Of a stretch of DNA of 64,000 nucleotides, positions 17,692 to 27,019 are shown piece after piece. Under the pieces are notes generated by a model, which did no database searches, had not been told where the DNA came from, and saw nothing but the letters and a program-made list of their open reading frames with translations. The stretch's first letter is position 1; every line of letters starts with the position of its first letter. Position numbers and translations under genes: made by a program. Where the stretch lies: positions 2,627 to 66,626 of the forward strand of contig CAMKTJ010000011.1 in the NCBI GenBank assembly GCA_946415645.1, written 5' to 3'. This DNA is from an uncultured Prevotellaceae bacterium. Lineage in GTDB: Bacteria; Bacteroidota; Bacteroidia; Bacteroidales; Bacteroidaceae.

Positions 17692-20600
17692 ATGAAACTA
17701 AAACTTTTATCGATTGCCTTATTTTTGCTATCAGCCATTTCCATAACGAAGGCCCAGGACAAGAATATCAGCATCGAAAAAAACAACGCATGGATTCAGA
17801 TTCCTGCAAGCGAGAAAAGTCAAGTACTGCTGGCAGTCCAGGCTTTACAGAAAGACTTCAACAAAGTACTGAATTTCACTCCGTCTATTGTACGGACAAA
17901 CACCACGAAGGAAGGAGTGCGTATTATTGTTGTAAACGAGGAGAACCCCGACGGCAAAGCACTTATTGAACATCCTCGCGAACTGGATGACTTTGAAAGT
18001 CACCGTGTTTATGCCGACACACTTACCAACAGCATCGTCCTGCACGGCAAAGACATGCGCGGTACCATCTATGCCATATACAGTTTCAGCGAACGGATCT
18101 TAGGTGTCCCGCCCCTCTGGTATTGGTGCAGTTGGCAACCAGTAGTTAAGGAAAATATCCTAATACCAGGCAACTATGACTATTTCTGTCCCTCGCCACA
18201 AGTACGTTACAGGGCTTGGTTCCCCAATGATCAGGATTTGTTTGTACCATGGCGTGCCAAGTCAACGCAGAACAACGAGCTCTGGCTTGAGACCATGCTA
18301 CGTCTGAAGCTCAATACTGTGGAGAAGGAAGCAACAGTAACAAACTCCGGCACCCTCAACTCCGAGGCCATGCTATACAAGAAATACGGTTTGGTGCTCA
18401 CCTCACATCATATGGTAGCACTGAACAATAGTTTCTCTAACTGGGACAGCTATTGGAAGAATGTACGTAACATGACTCCCCCTACCCTTTCCGTTAACGA
18501 CCTGAAATCTCTGAAGGAATTCTGGCAATTCTCTATCGATGCCGTTATGAATAGCGGAGTAGAGAATCTCTGGCAGGTAGCTTTCCGAGGTAAAAGCGAC
18601 CAGCCATTCTGGGAAATCTTCTCGGATGCTCCCACCTCAGAAAAGGAACGGGGACGCATTATCAGCGAAATGGTAAAAATCCAATACGATATGATTTGCC
18701 AGTCCACTGGCGACCCCAACCCATTTGTCCGCATGACATTCTATGATGAGATCTCATCACTCTTGGCTAAAGGATACATAACACCGCCTGTAGCTACCAA
18801 TATGTTGTGGACCTTCGTGGCAGGACGTCGCGACCATTATCCTTTCGACGACATTGTACAATGGCAGAATACGGATAATGTACAGCTGGGCTACTACATG
18901 AACCTGCAGTTCTATTCAACAGGTGCCCATTTAGCTCCGGCAGAGGGACCATGGAAGATGGAGGATAACTACCGCTATGTACAAAGCAAGGGTAAGCAGA
19001 CCTTCAGCGTGGTAAATGCAGGAAACGTCCGCGAGTTCCTAATGGAAATGGCTGCCAACGCAGCTATGATGTGGAATGCGGACACCTACAACACGAATGA
19101 CTACCTGCTCTCTTACTGCAAGCAATACTTCGGTGAAGAACACGCACAGGAAATAGCAGACCTGTATCACGACTTCTATTATTCCTATTGGTGCCAGAAG
19201 AAAAGCGACTTCCCAGGGGGATTCGACCGTCAGTATATCTTCCAGGATCTACGCCATGAACGTGCTATCAAGCAAATCAACGACAAGTGGGGCAGCTTCA
19301 CTGCCAATCCTCTTTCTGATATAGGCTATGAGTCTATACCAGGACGTTCCTTCCGCATTGAGGGGTCAAACCAAGTGGATAGCATCATTGCAGGTACTGG
19401 CCGCGAAATGGTTTCCTTTGCTAACGTTGCAGAACGTTGTGATGCCATGATTAGCCAAATTCCTGCAGCACAACGCACTTTCTTCTATGATAACCTGGCG
19501 GCATATGCACACTACATGTCGCACGTCAGTGCTTGTCTTCACTATTTTGCATTGGCTTACAAGAACAAGGAAAACCGGTATGATAATCTTACCCTATCCC
19601 TAGCGGAGATGAAAGCTGCCAAGAAGGCACTGACCGATTCACAGCACGATGTCTTCTCTACGTGGTATGCCAGCGATGACAAATTCGCCATGGACGCCAA
19701 GATAAGCATGATACAGAAGAGATTGGAGGAAACGCCCCCTTTTACCATTGAGGCAGGAAAAGCCTATACCATTGTCAACCATAACGACGAGAACCTTTTT
19801 GTTCAGGACAATGGCACAGACATTCTGGCAATGGGAGCCAAGAATGACAATGCATGCTGGGAGTTCATATCCACAGGAAAGCCCAACTGCTTCTATATCA
19901 GGAATCTGGCTACAGAAAGATATGTCCAGGCTTGTCCTGCCTCTTCCGAGGTTAACATCACCATGGGTACAACACCTGTAGAGTATGCTATCATAGACTG
20001 CTCGGATCAGGAAGGCAGTCATTGCTTCGGCTTTACATCCACCAACCTGTCCGTTACCGATTTTACCACAGGATGTATTGGATGGAACTGGAAGAACGAC
20101 AATACCGTCCAGACTTATGCAGCTGTTGCCGGCACCAATCACCGCTCTTTCTGGAAATTAGCAGAAACTACCTACACAAAGCCAGACTCACAGGATGCTA
20201 AGGAGATGACAGAACTTATCTCCAACAGCGATTTTGAGGAGACAACAGGCATGATAGTAGACGGTACTAACTTCCGAGGTATTCCCACAGGCTGGCATGG
20301 ATGGGGAATCAAAGGTGGGACAAACTACACACAGGAACCGGGTGTGAACAACACCACCTTGCTTCCCAAGACTTCATACGGTTCAAACGGAGGCTGTAGC
20401 GGCACACTTCATGGCGAGAAAAGCTGCTGGGTGAACTGTTCCCCCATGCCCGATGACTTCAAGCTATACCAGACAATAAATCTCCCTGCCGGGACTTATA
20501 GGATTAGCTGTCTGCTCTCCCCAATGGGTACAGGCGATGACAACCTTACCAACCTGCGTCTCTTTGCCGGTGATAATGCCTGTTACTTTGCATCTGCCGA

Positions 20601-22293
20601 TAAGTATGGAAGCAATCTCGGAACTGAGACCAACCGTACTTTCATGGGCTATACTGCAACTCTGGACGGTAACGACCCTGTCATGAAGGAAATGATACTG
20701 GAGTTTTCACTTGACAAAGACACCAATGTAGAAATTGGCATTCGTACCAGCAACATGCTGAAGTCTGGCAGTCGGGCCACCAGCAACCAGGGACGTTTCC
20801 GTGTTGACTACTTCCGTCTGTACTCTATAGCCGAGCTACATGTACATGACTATACACATAACGGTATCTGCTCCTGCGATGGAGCGGAACGTTATGAAAC
20901 ACCCGAGAAATCAGGTTCATATTATCTATTGGACAATGCAGGCAAGGTGGAATGGTTCTCACAAATGGTGGCTGCCAACGGAGGTTCTACATCTTATTAC
21001 GCCAAATTGACTGCCGACATAGATTTTGAGCGCGAAGTTAATCTGCACCTGCCCATCGGCAAAACCAAAGGTAACAAATTCAAAGGTGTCTTTGAAGGAC
21101 AAGGACATCGCATCAAGAATATGGTCATCTATCGTCCACAGGACGAGGCACAAGGTTTCTTCGGATATTTACAAGGTAATTCCTCTTGTACCGTCAAGAA
21201 CCTTATCATTGACAAGAGTTGTTCCGTCATTGCACTTACCAAGGCTGCCGGACTGGCAGGTTCCTGCCAAAACACGGGTGCCACCATCACCATCGAGAAT
21301 TGTGTAAACGAAGCAACCGTGAACGTTACAGGGCAAGATGCAGCAGGCATCATAGGAGGACAGAACGATACGAACCCACGGTTTATAATCCGTAATTGTA
21401 TCAATACAGGCAATATCACATCCTCTCATTCTGATCCGTACGCCGGGGGTCTGTGCTGCTATCTGGGGAACAGCGAGAATACCATTGAGAATTTCATTAA
21501 TCTAGGCACTATAACTGGACATAAAGGAGGAAATATCGGGCGTATGTCGGGCAGTGTCAAAGGTATTGTAGATCTGTCTGATACAGAACAAAAGACTCAA
21601 GGTATTACTGAGGAACTCACCAGTGCAGACATCGCGAGCGGTGTACTGACCTATTATATAAATAATGTAGCAGGGAAAGAAGTGTTCTTCCAGACTCTAG
21701 GCGAAGACACATACCCAGTCCCCTTCAATACAAGTAAGTCTGTAAAGCAGATAAGCATTCCAGCCTGTGGCTATGCCACCTATGTTGCAGAGGGCAATGT
21801 GCTGTTCCCTCCCGCTCTTGGAGCACATGCCGTTGTTTCCACGGACAACAACTATGCAAAACTCTCAGATCCTATTGCTGAAGCAGCTGCTGGCGACCCT
21901 ATCCTACTGAAGGCAGTAGCAGGCAACTACTGCTATAACCCGGCTGCATCTGCCACCAGCCCAGACGTCAACCTGCTCCAGGCAGCTACAAAGGATATTG
22001 TATGCGACGGGACACAATACTGCCTTGCAGACCAAGAACAGGGCATAGGTTTTTATAAGGTAGCCACAGGCAGCAACATTCCAGCAGGAAAGGCATACCT
22101 GACTATTACAGGCAATGATACAAGAGCATTCTACGGTTTTGAACCCAATAACGAGACGGGAATAAATGAAGAATTAAGAATGAAGAGTGAAGAATTAAAT
22201 GCAGACTCTGCATACAATCTGGCAGGAGTGCGAGCCACAAAAAAAACAAAAGGCACATACATTGTAAAAGGTAAGAAATTTATAAGAAAATAA
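17692..22293 (+). CDS. giant secreted multidomain glycosidase: GH115-like N-terminal catalytic region, lectin/CBM-like modules, GLUG-motif region, T9SS-type C-terminal tail
   Basis: The start is moved to MKLKLLSIALFLLSAISITKAQ (signal peptide). RGTIYAIYSFSERILGVPPLWYW resembles the GH115 signature. FEGQGHRIKNMVI..GFFGYL..VKNLII..AGLAGS matches the GLUG pattern. The end is YNLAGVRATKKTKGTYIVKGKKFIRK. Confidence 0.8.
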   Translation: MKLKLLSIALFLLSAISITKAQDKNISIEKNNAWIQIPASEKSQVLLAVQALQKDFNKVLNFTPSIVRTNTTKEGVRIIVVNEENPDGKALIEHPRELDDFESHRVYADTLTNSIVLHGKDMRGTIYAIYSFSERILGVPPLWYWCSWQPVVKENILIPGNYDYFCPSPQVRYRAWFPNDQDLFVPWRAKSTQNNELWLETMLRLKLNTVEKEATVTNSGTLNSEAMLYKKYGLVLTSHHMVALNNSFSNWDSYWKNVRNMTPPTLSVNDLKSLKEFWQFSIDAVMNSGVENLWQVAFRGKSDQPFWEIFSDAPTSEKERGRIISEMVKIQYDMICQSTGDPNPFVRMTFYDEISSLLAKGYITPPVATNMLWTFVAGRRDHYPFDDIVQWQNTDNVQLGYYMNLQFYSTGAHLAPAEGPWKMEDNYRYVQSKGKQTFSVVNAGNVREFLMEMAANAAMMWNADTYNTNDYLLSYCKQYFGEEHAQEIADLYHDFYYSYWCQKKSDFPGGFDRQYIFQDLRHERAIKQINDKWGSFTANPLSDIGYESIPGRSFRIEGSNQVDSIIAGTGREMVSFANVAERCDAMISQIPAAQRTFFYDNLAAYAHYMSHVSACLHYFALAYKNKENRYDNLTLSLAEMKAAKKALTDSQHDVFSTWYASDDKFAMDAKISMIQKRLEETPPFTIEAGKAYTIVNHNDENLFVQDNGTDILAMGAKNDNACWEFISTGKPNCFYIRNLATERYVQACPASSEVNITMGTTPVEYAIIDCSDQEGSHCFGFTSTNLSVTDFTTGCIGWNWKNDNTVQTYAAVAGTNHRSFWKLAETTYTKPDSQDAKEMTELISNSDFEETTGMIVDGTNFRGIPTGWHGWGIKGGTNYTQEPGVNNTTLLPKTSYGSNGGCSGTLHGEKSCWVNCSPMPDDFKLYQTINLPAGTYRISCLLSPMGTGDDNLTNLRLFAGDNACYFASADKYGSNLGTETNRTFMGYTATLDGNDPVMKEMILEFSLDKDTNVEIGIRTSNMLKSGSRATSNQGRFRVDYFRLYSIAELHVHDYTHNGICSCDGAERYETPEKSGSYYLLDNAGKVEWFSQMVAANGGSTSYYAKLTADIDFEREVNLHLPIGKTKGNKFKGVFEGQGHRIKNMVIYRPQDEAQGFFGYLQGNSSCTVKNLIIDKSCSVIALTKAAGLAGSCQNTGATITIENCVNEATVNVTGQDAAGIIGGQNDTNPRFIIRNCINTGNITSSHSDPYAGGLCCYLGNSENTIENFINLGTITGHKGGNIGRMSGSVKGIVDLSDTEQKTQGITEELTSADIASGVLTYYINNVAGKEVFFQTLGEDTYPVPFNTSKSVKQISIPACGYATYVAEGNVLFPPALGAHAVVSTDNNYAKLSDPIAEAAAGDPILLKAVAGNYCYNPAASATSPDVNLLQAATKDIVCDGTQYCLADQEQGIGFYKVATGSNIPAGKAYLTITGNDTRAFYGFEPNNETGINEELRMKSEELNADSAYNLAGVRATKKTKGTYIVKGKKFIRK
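22166..22200. repeat. intragenic heptamer array ATGAAGA-ATTAAGA-ATGAAGA-GTGAAGA-ATTAAAT
   Basis: Same unit family as 37042-37071 and 38681-38717. It is read as NEELRMKSEELN inside the GH115-like gene. Confidence 0.75.
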
Positions 22294-22299
22294 TTTGTC

Positions 22300-25110
22300 A
22301 TGAAATACAATACTTTATTTTTACTGAGTATTCTCCTGTGGATTCCCTTCCATGCCGAGGCACAGAAAAAGGATTCCATCACATTTGCCGTTATGGGCAA
22401 TTCTATATCCACATACTACGGATACATCCCAGACGGATATAAGGTTTTCTATACAGAAGACAGGGAAAAGAAATACGGCATACAAGTGGGCGACACATGG
22501 TGGATGCAACTTAGCCGTCTCTCGGGGCTCACATTTCTTGCCAATGCTTCATGGAGCGGCTCACGTGTATCATGCGACCTTCTCGACAGCGATGCTCCTT
22601 TTGTAAGCAATGCCAGAGTAGCAGCTGTAGGAAGGGCCGGCACACCAGATATCATCTTCATTATGGGAGGAACAAATGACTGGAATCAGGCCAAACTTCC
22701 ATTAGGAGAGTTCAGTACTGAAAACTTCACCGATTCACTGACATTCCGAGGGGCATATGCCATGCTATTGCACAAACTCAGCACACGATACCCTTCCACC
22801 AAGTTGGTCTGTCTCTCAATAACACCACGTTCCGCAGGAGTTAACCAACTAAACAACATAGGTTACTCACAAGCTGATGCCAACGAGAGTATCAAAAAGA
22901 TTGCCAAGCAATTCGGAGGCTATTACATCGACTGTACCACCATCCCCTTCAGTTCCAATTGGAGCAGCTACACTTTAGACAAGCTTCACCCCACTGCAGC
23001 TGGAGCCTCACTGATGGCCAATGCCATATACAAGGAACTGCTGGCACAAAACATCATAACATCAGACCTGAGACAGAATAGCGAGACAGCAGAGGCAGAA
23101 TGTCTCCTTGATCTTTCTTTTGATGCGAATGGTATTGTCAACAAAGGGTCGTACAATGCAAAAGTCGGTTCTCACGGACAAGCAACAACACTTTATGACA
23201 AAGCCAACGATACCTATTATGGATGCACCAAGGTAACAGCAACAGATTATTTCTATGCCTTATACGATGAGGGCAGTCCGCTTTCCGAGGCTTTCAACTC
23301 ATCCGTTACTTGGGAAACACTGGTACGCCTTGAAGGTTTAGCCGACGAAAATGGCAAGATTTCCAAAACCTGTTTCTTAGGAAACGAGCAAGATGGAGGT
23401 TGGTCGTTCTACAATTCACAACTTGCCAGCGCATTCACCTACCGACATCAGAGCGGAGTAGCCAGTACAGTAAAAAACCTTGGAGGAGACTCTATTGCCA
23501 TATCAGGTAAATTCTATCATCTGGTTGTTACCATGGACAGGACAAGTCATATCATCCGCTACTTCGTTAACGGTAAACTAGTTTGCACAGGCACGAGGGC
23601 AGGAACAGACATGGTGCCGCCTCAGTGCGGAACCGTAAAAGGAAAGCGAAACATGTGGATATGTCTGGGAGGAAACCCAACGGCTGGCAGCAGTTCTACA
23701 ACTAGTCAGAATTCTTCCGCATGCAGTTTCATCTTTGCCAGAATATACAATGGGGCACTGACACAGAAAGCCGCACAGAATCTTTATACTGAACATGTTC
23801 GTATGTTTACCGAACCGGCAGCGCCACAGGGTGGCGACCTGATCTTGGACTGCCAGTTCACTCCGGACGGAGCAGTCAACAATGCGGCCTCCTATCGTCA
23901 TATTCCCGTTGAGATGACCGGTAACGTACCTCTGCAATACAATACGACCATTCAGTCTTACGAAGCTCAGTTCAATGGCAACACATCGCAGTTCTTTAAG
24001 TTCTTTGTAGGTGACCAGCCAAGTATCATGAGTCAGCTTTCAGACGCATACAGCGTGGAAATATACTGTCAGAACAGTACCGAGAAACCTAAGGCAAGTA
24101 CACGTCCGATGTGTTTTGTCAACGGTTACGGATTCGGTCTGCACATGAACTCGCAGGGAAACATCTGCTACACCACTACCACACAAGGTAACAAGACAGA
24201 CGGCAGCTATGCCAAAACACAATGGTCATGGATAGGCGTGGGTAGCCTGACAACGGACTATACGCACTATGTTATTGTCTATGATAGGCTACATTTCGTA
24301 TCCCGCTTTTATATCAACGGAGAAGAAAAGGCCGTACGTTACCTTACCTTCAAGGAATGTCCTATCTACGAGTGGGCACCTTCCACCTGGCTGGCCATTG
24401 GAGGCGATGCCCTAGGCGCTTACAACAATGCTACAAAAGTAGGCAACTACCCCTACATGGGGAATGTAGCTATGGTCAGAGTATGGGGTAAGGCACTTAC
24501 GGAAGAGGATGTCAAACAAATGTATAATGTTACACAAAACAAACAGGTTGCATTCACCACAGGAGGAAACGGCTATGCAACATGTTGCGTACCCTTTGTA
24601 ACTTCCGTCCCCAATGGATTCACCGCATATGTAGTATCAGAAATCACCAATACTTCTATAGTCCTGAAGGAAGTGGCAAGCTCTGGAGATATACTTCCAC
24701 AGGGAATACCTGTGATTATGAAAGGGGAGGCCCGAAGCAATTTCACCCTATCGGCAATTGACCAGAGCACCGAATGCACTAACACAGATTTGACTTCCCT
24801 ACCTAATTACCTTATTGGTTCATACTGTCAGAAAACCATTACAACAGGAACAGGTTTCTATCTTAAAACTACCGGGAACAGTATGTACCGTGCAGCAACA
24901 GACTACACATTGCCTGCCTGCTCATGTTATCTCCCCTCTACATCGAAACGTACATTGTTCAGTATTGAAGTGCAGGAAAAAAAAGATAACGTTTCCAGCC
25001 TTCAGCAAGATCCGAACAGTATTCCATCCTATGACCTTCAGGGCCGACGCATCGATGATACATATAAAGGAATATCCATTAAGGAAGGTAAAAAGATTAT
25101 TTTCAATTAA
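22300..25110 (+). CDS. secreted SGNH/GDSL-type esterase fused to two LamG/concanavalin-like domains, with T9SS-type C-terminal tail
   Basis: It has a signal peptide and an SGNH block I, FAVMGNSIS. Two LamG_3-like segments are present (FYHLVVTMDRTSHIIRYFVNGKLV..ARIYNGALT and YTHYVIVYDRLHFVSRFYINGEEK..VRVWGKALTEEDV). The end is SYDLQGRRIDDTYKGISIKEGKKIIFN. Confidence 0.8.
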   Translation: MKYNTLFLLSILLWIPFHAEAQKKDSITFAVMGNSISTYYGYIPDGYKVFYTEDREKKYGIQVGDTWWMQLSRLSGLTFLANASWSGSRVSCDLLDSDAPFVSNARVAAVGRAGTPDIIFIMGGTNDWNQAKLPLGEFSTENFTDSLTFRGAYAMLLHKLSTRYPSTKLVCLSITPRSAGVNQLNNIGYSQADANESIKKIAKQFGGYYIDCTTIPFSSNWSSYTLDKLHPTAAGASLMANAIYKELLAQNIITSDLRQNSETAEAECLLDLSFDANGIVNKGSYNAKVGSHGQATTLYDKANDTYYGCTKVTATDYFYALYDEGSPLSEAFNSSVTWETLVRLEGLADENGKISKTCFLGNEQDGGWSFYNSQLASAFTYRHQSGVASTVKNLGGDSIAISGKFYHLVVTMDRTSHIIRYFVNGKLVCTGTRAGTDMVPPQCGTVKGKRNMWICLGGNPTAGSSSTTSQNSSACSFIFARIYNGALTQKAAQNLYTEHVRMFTEPAAPQGGDLILDCQFTPDGAVNNAASYRHIPVEMTGNVPLQYNTTIQSYEAQFNGNTSQFFKFFVGDQPSIMSQLSDAYSVEIYCQNSTEKPKASTRPMCFVNGYGFGLHMNSQGNICYTTTTQGNKTDGSYAKTQWSWIGVGSLTTDYTHYVIVYDRLHFVSRFYINGEEKAVRYLTFKECPIYEWAPSTWLAIGGDALGAYNNATKVGNYPYMGNVAMVRVWGKALTEEDVKQMYNVTQNKQVAFTTGGNGYATCCVPFVTSVPNGFTAYVVSEITNTSIVLKEVASSGDILPQGIPVIMKGEARSNFTLSAIDQSTECTNTDLTSLPNYLIGSYCQKTITTGTGFYLKTTGNSMYRAATDYTLPACSCYLPSTSKRTLFSIEVQEKKDNVSSLQQDPNSIPSYDLQGRRIDDTYKGISIKEGKKIIFN

Positions 25111-25144
25111 ATTTGTCCCTATAATTGGGAAAAACATTAAAACG

Positions 25145-25180
25145 GAAAAGCAAAAGAAAAGCTATTTTCTTTTGCTTTTC
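25145..25180 (+). terminator. perfect 16-bp hairpin after the SGNH-LamG gene
   Basis: GAAAAGCAAAAGAAAA-GCTA-TTTTCTTTTGCTTTTC. Confidence 0.75.
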
Positions 25181-25193
25181 TCTCACTTAATCG

Positions 25194-25201
25194 TATCTTT
25201 G
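25194..25201 (+). promoter_or_regulatory. candidate -7 box (TAnnTTTG)
   Basis: TATCTTTG, 33 nt upstream of the sialidase ATG. Confidence 0.5.
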
Positions 25202-25234
25202 CACTCAAGATCTTAACTAATAACAGGATATATC

Positions 25235-26908
25235 ATGAAAAATAAAACTATTCTGACCTTTTTGATTCTTGCAATGGCGACCCTCGATACCTATGCCGAT
25301 GAAGTTACACCCATCTCTGCCACTAAGGTGGAACAGGGCAAGGTAACAACAGGTATAGGCAACACGGACGTACCCATCCTGCGCAGTACACTTACCATAA
25401 GTAATCCTACAAGATCCGTAGAATTACAAGGGGTGACGGGTATGGTTAAAGCTACCAGCCTGAAGGACGTGAAAGCTATACGCGCCTACTTCGCCTCCAA
25501 CTCTCAGGAACTTTTTGTGGATAGCAAGAAGGAAATGACTTGGCGAGAGAGTAACGCCATTCCCTATGCAGAAGGTAAAATTGAAAAAGACGGCACATTT
25601 ATCATAACCGGAAGCCGTAGCCTTACGGCAGGTACATACTATCTGTGGATTGCCCTGGACATCAGCAAGAAAGCACAGGAAGGTAACACGGTGGATGCCT
25701 CTATTACCTCTTATATTATAGACGGGGAGTCGCAACCCGAACCTGACGGCAATCCTGCCAATGCCGCTACCATCTTCCTGACGGAAAGCAGTGTGCTGAT
25801 GCCTATGGACAAGGGAAGCCTCTATTACCGCATACCTGCCATCTGCACCAGTGCCGACGGAAAGCGCCTGGTTGTCCTCACAGACGACCGCAAGGACCAC
25901 AACATAGACCTTCCTACTCACTGCTATGTAGTGGCGCAGTATTCCGAGGATAACGGCCGCACATGGAGCGACCCCGTTACCGTAGCAGGCACAGCAGAGA
26001 GAGGCGGCGACTACGGACACGGTGATGCCTCGCTGATTACGAACCGTATGAACGGCGACATCATAGGCATTATGACCAGTTCGCACTACGGAACAGGGTT
26101 CTTCTCCTCTACACCGGATAAGCCGCAGACGTGGAAGACCATTGTCAGCCACGACGGCGGTCTCACCTGGGAGAAGCCTATCGACCACACCAAGGAACTG
26201 TATGCTGCAGGCAGCCCCCACCCTAATTGGCTGGGAGGCTTCACCGGCTCTGGAGCAGGATTGCAGAAGCGTGACGGCACACTGGTATCGCCCTTCGTGA
26301 ACCGCGAATCACCCGACGGTTCAAGAAACAATTTCACACAGAACTACTACAACTTCATGTCCAAGGACGGAGGAAAGACTTGGTTCGTAAGCGGAAAGAG
26401 CGGAACAACGGCTGCAGACGAACCGAAGGTGTTGGAACGGAACAACGGCGACCTTGCCATCAGCGTGCGCGCCAACGGCTATAATTACTATAATGTAACG
26501 TCCGATGACGGGGAGACATGGAAGAACGCACCGCAGACACGCTTTACAACCGGTATCAGCGGCAATGCCTGCGACGGCGAGTATATGTACTGGTGCTCTA
26601 CGCTCGACGGCAATCCCTGGGACATTGTCCTCCAGACACTGCCCAACAGCAACAGCCGCCAGAATGTTTCCATCGCTCTTTCCACCGACGAAGGCGAGAC
26701 CTTCGGAACGCCCAAGACTATTTGTCCCAGAGGCTCTGCCTACAGCGCCGCCACCATCCTGCCTGACGGCACGTTAGGCGTTTACTACGAGGAGGAAGGT
26801 GTTTACGGCTGCTACACCATGCGCTTTGTACGCTTCAGTCTGAACTGGGCAAGTAACGGTAAGTACAGCTTTACTAAGAAGAAACCTTTCCGTCCCATTT
26901 CATACTAA
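25235..26908 (+). CDS. nanH: exo-alpha-sialidase (GH33) with N-terminal carbohydrate-binding-like domain
   Basis: RIP motif (LYYRIPAI) plus Asp-box/BNR repeats SEDNGRTW, SHDGGLTW, SKDGGKTW, SDDGETW and STDEGETF. A signal peptide is present. Confidence 0.9.
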   Translation: MKNKTILTFLILAMATLDTYADEVTPISATKVEQGKVTTGIGNTDVPILRSTLTISNPTRSVELQGVTGMVKATSLKDVKAIRAYFASNSQELFVDSKKEMTWRESNAIPYAEGKIEKDGTFIITGSRSLTAGTYYLWIALDISKKAQEGNTVDASITSYIIDGESQPEPDGNPANAATIFLTESSVLMPMDKGSLYYRIPAICTSADGKRLVVLTDDRKDHNIDLPTHCYVVAQYSEDNGRTWSDPVTVAGTAERGGDYGHGDASLITNRMNGDIIGIMTSSHYGTGFFSSTPDKPQTWKTIVSHDGGLTWEKPIDHTKELYAAGSPHPNWLGGFTGSGAGLQKRDGTLVSPFVNRESPDGSRNNFTQNYYNFMSKDGGKTWFVSGKSGTTAADEPKVLERNNGDLAISVRANGYNYYNVTSDDGETWKNAPQTRFTTGISGNACDGEYMYWCSTLDGNPWDIVLQTLPNSNSRQNVSIALSTDEGETFGTPKTICPRGSAYSAATILPDGTLGVYYEEEGVYGCYTMRFVRFSLNWASNGKYSFTKKKPFRPISY

Positions 26909-26918
26909 CCCTCTCCTT

Positions 26919-27004
26919 CTCCCCGAGGGGAGTGTAAGCACACAAAAATAGGACCCAGAAATCTGAGTCCTATTTTTATTTATAATTCCTCCCCCTCGGG
27001 GGAG
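26919..27004. repeat. two CTCCCC..GGGGAG mini-hairpins flanking a central terminator hairpin
   Basis: CTCCCCGAGGGGAG (26919-26932) and CTCCCCCTCGGGGGAG (26989-27004). The outer arms CCCTCTCCTTCTCC and GGAGACGGAGAGGGG are also complementary. Confidence 0.8.
26945..26976. terminator. bidirectional terminator between sialidase and secDF
   Basis: AAAATAGGAC..GTCCTATTTT stem flanked by A and T runs. Confidence 0.8.
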
Positions 27005-27019
27005 ACGGAGAGGGGTCAC

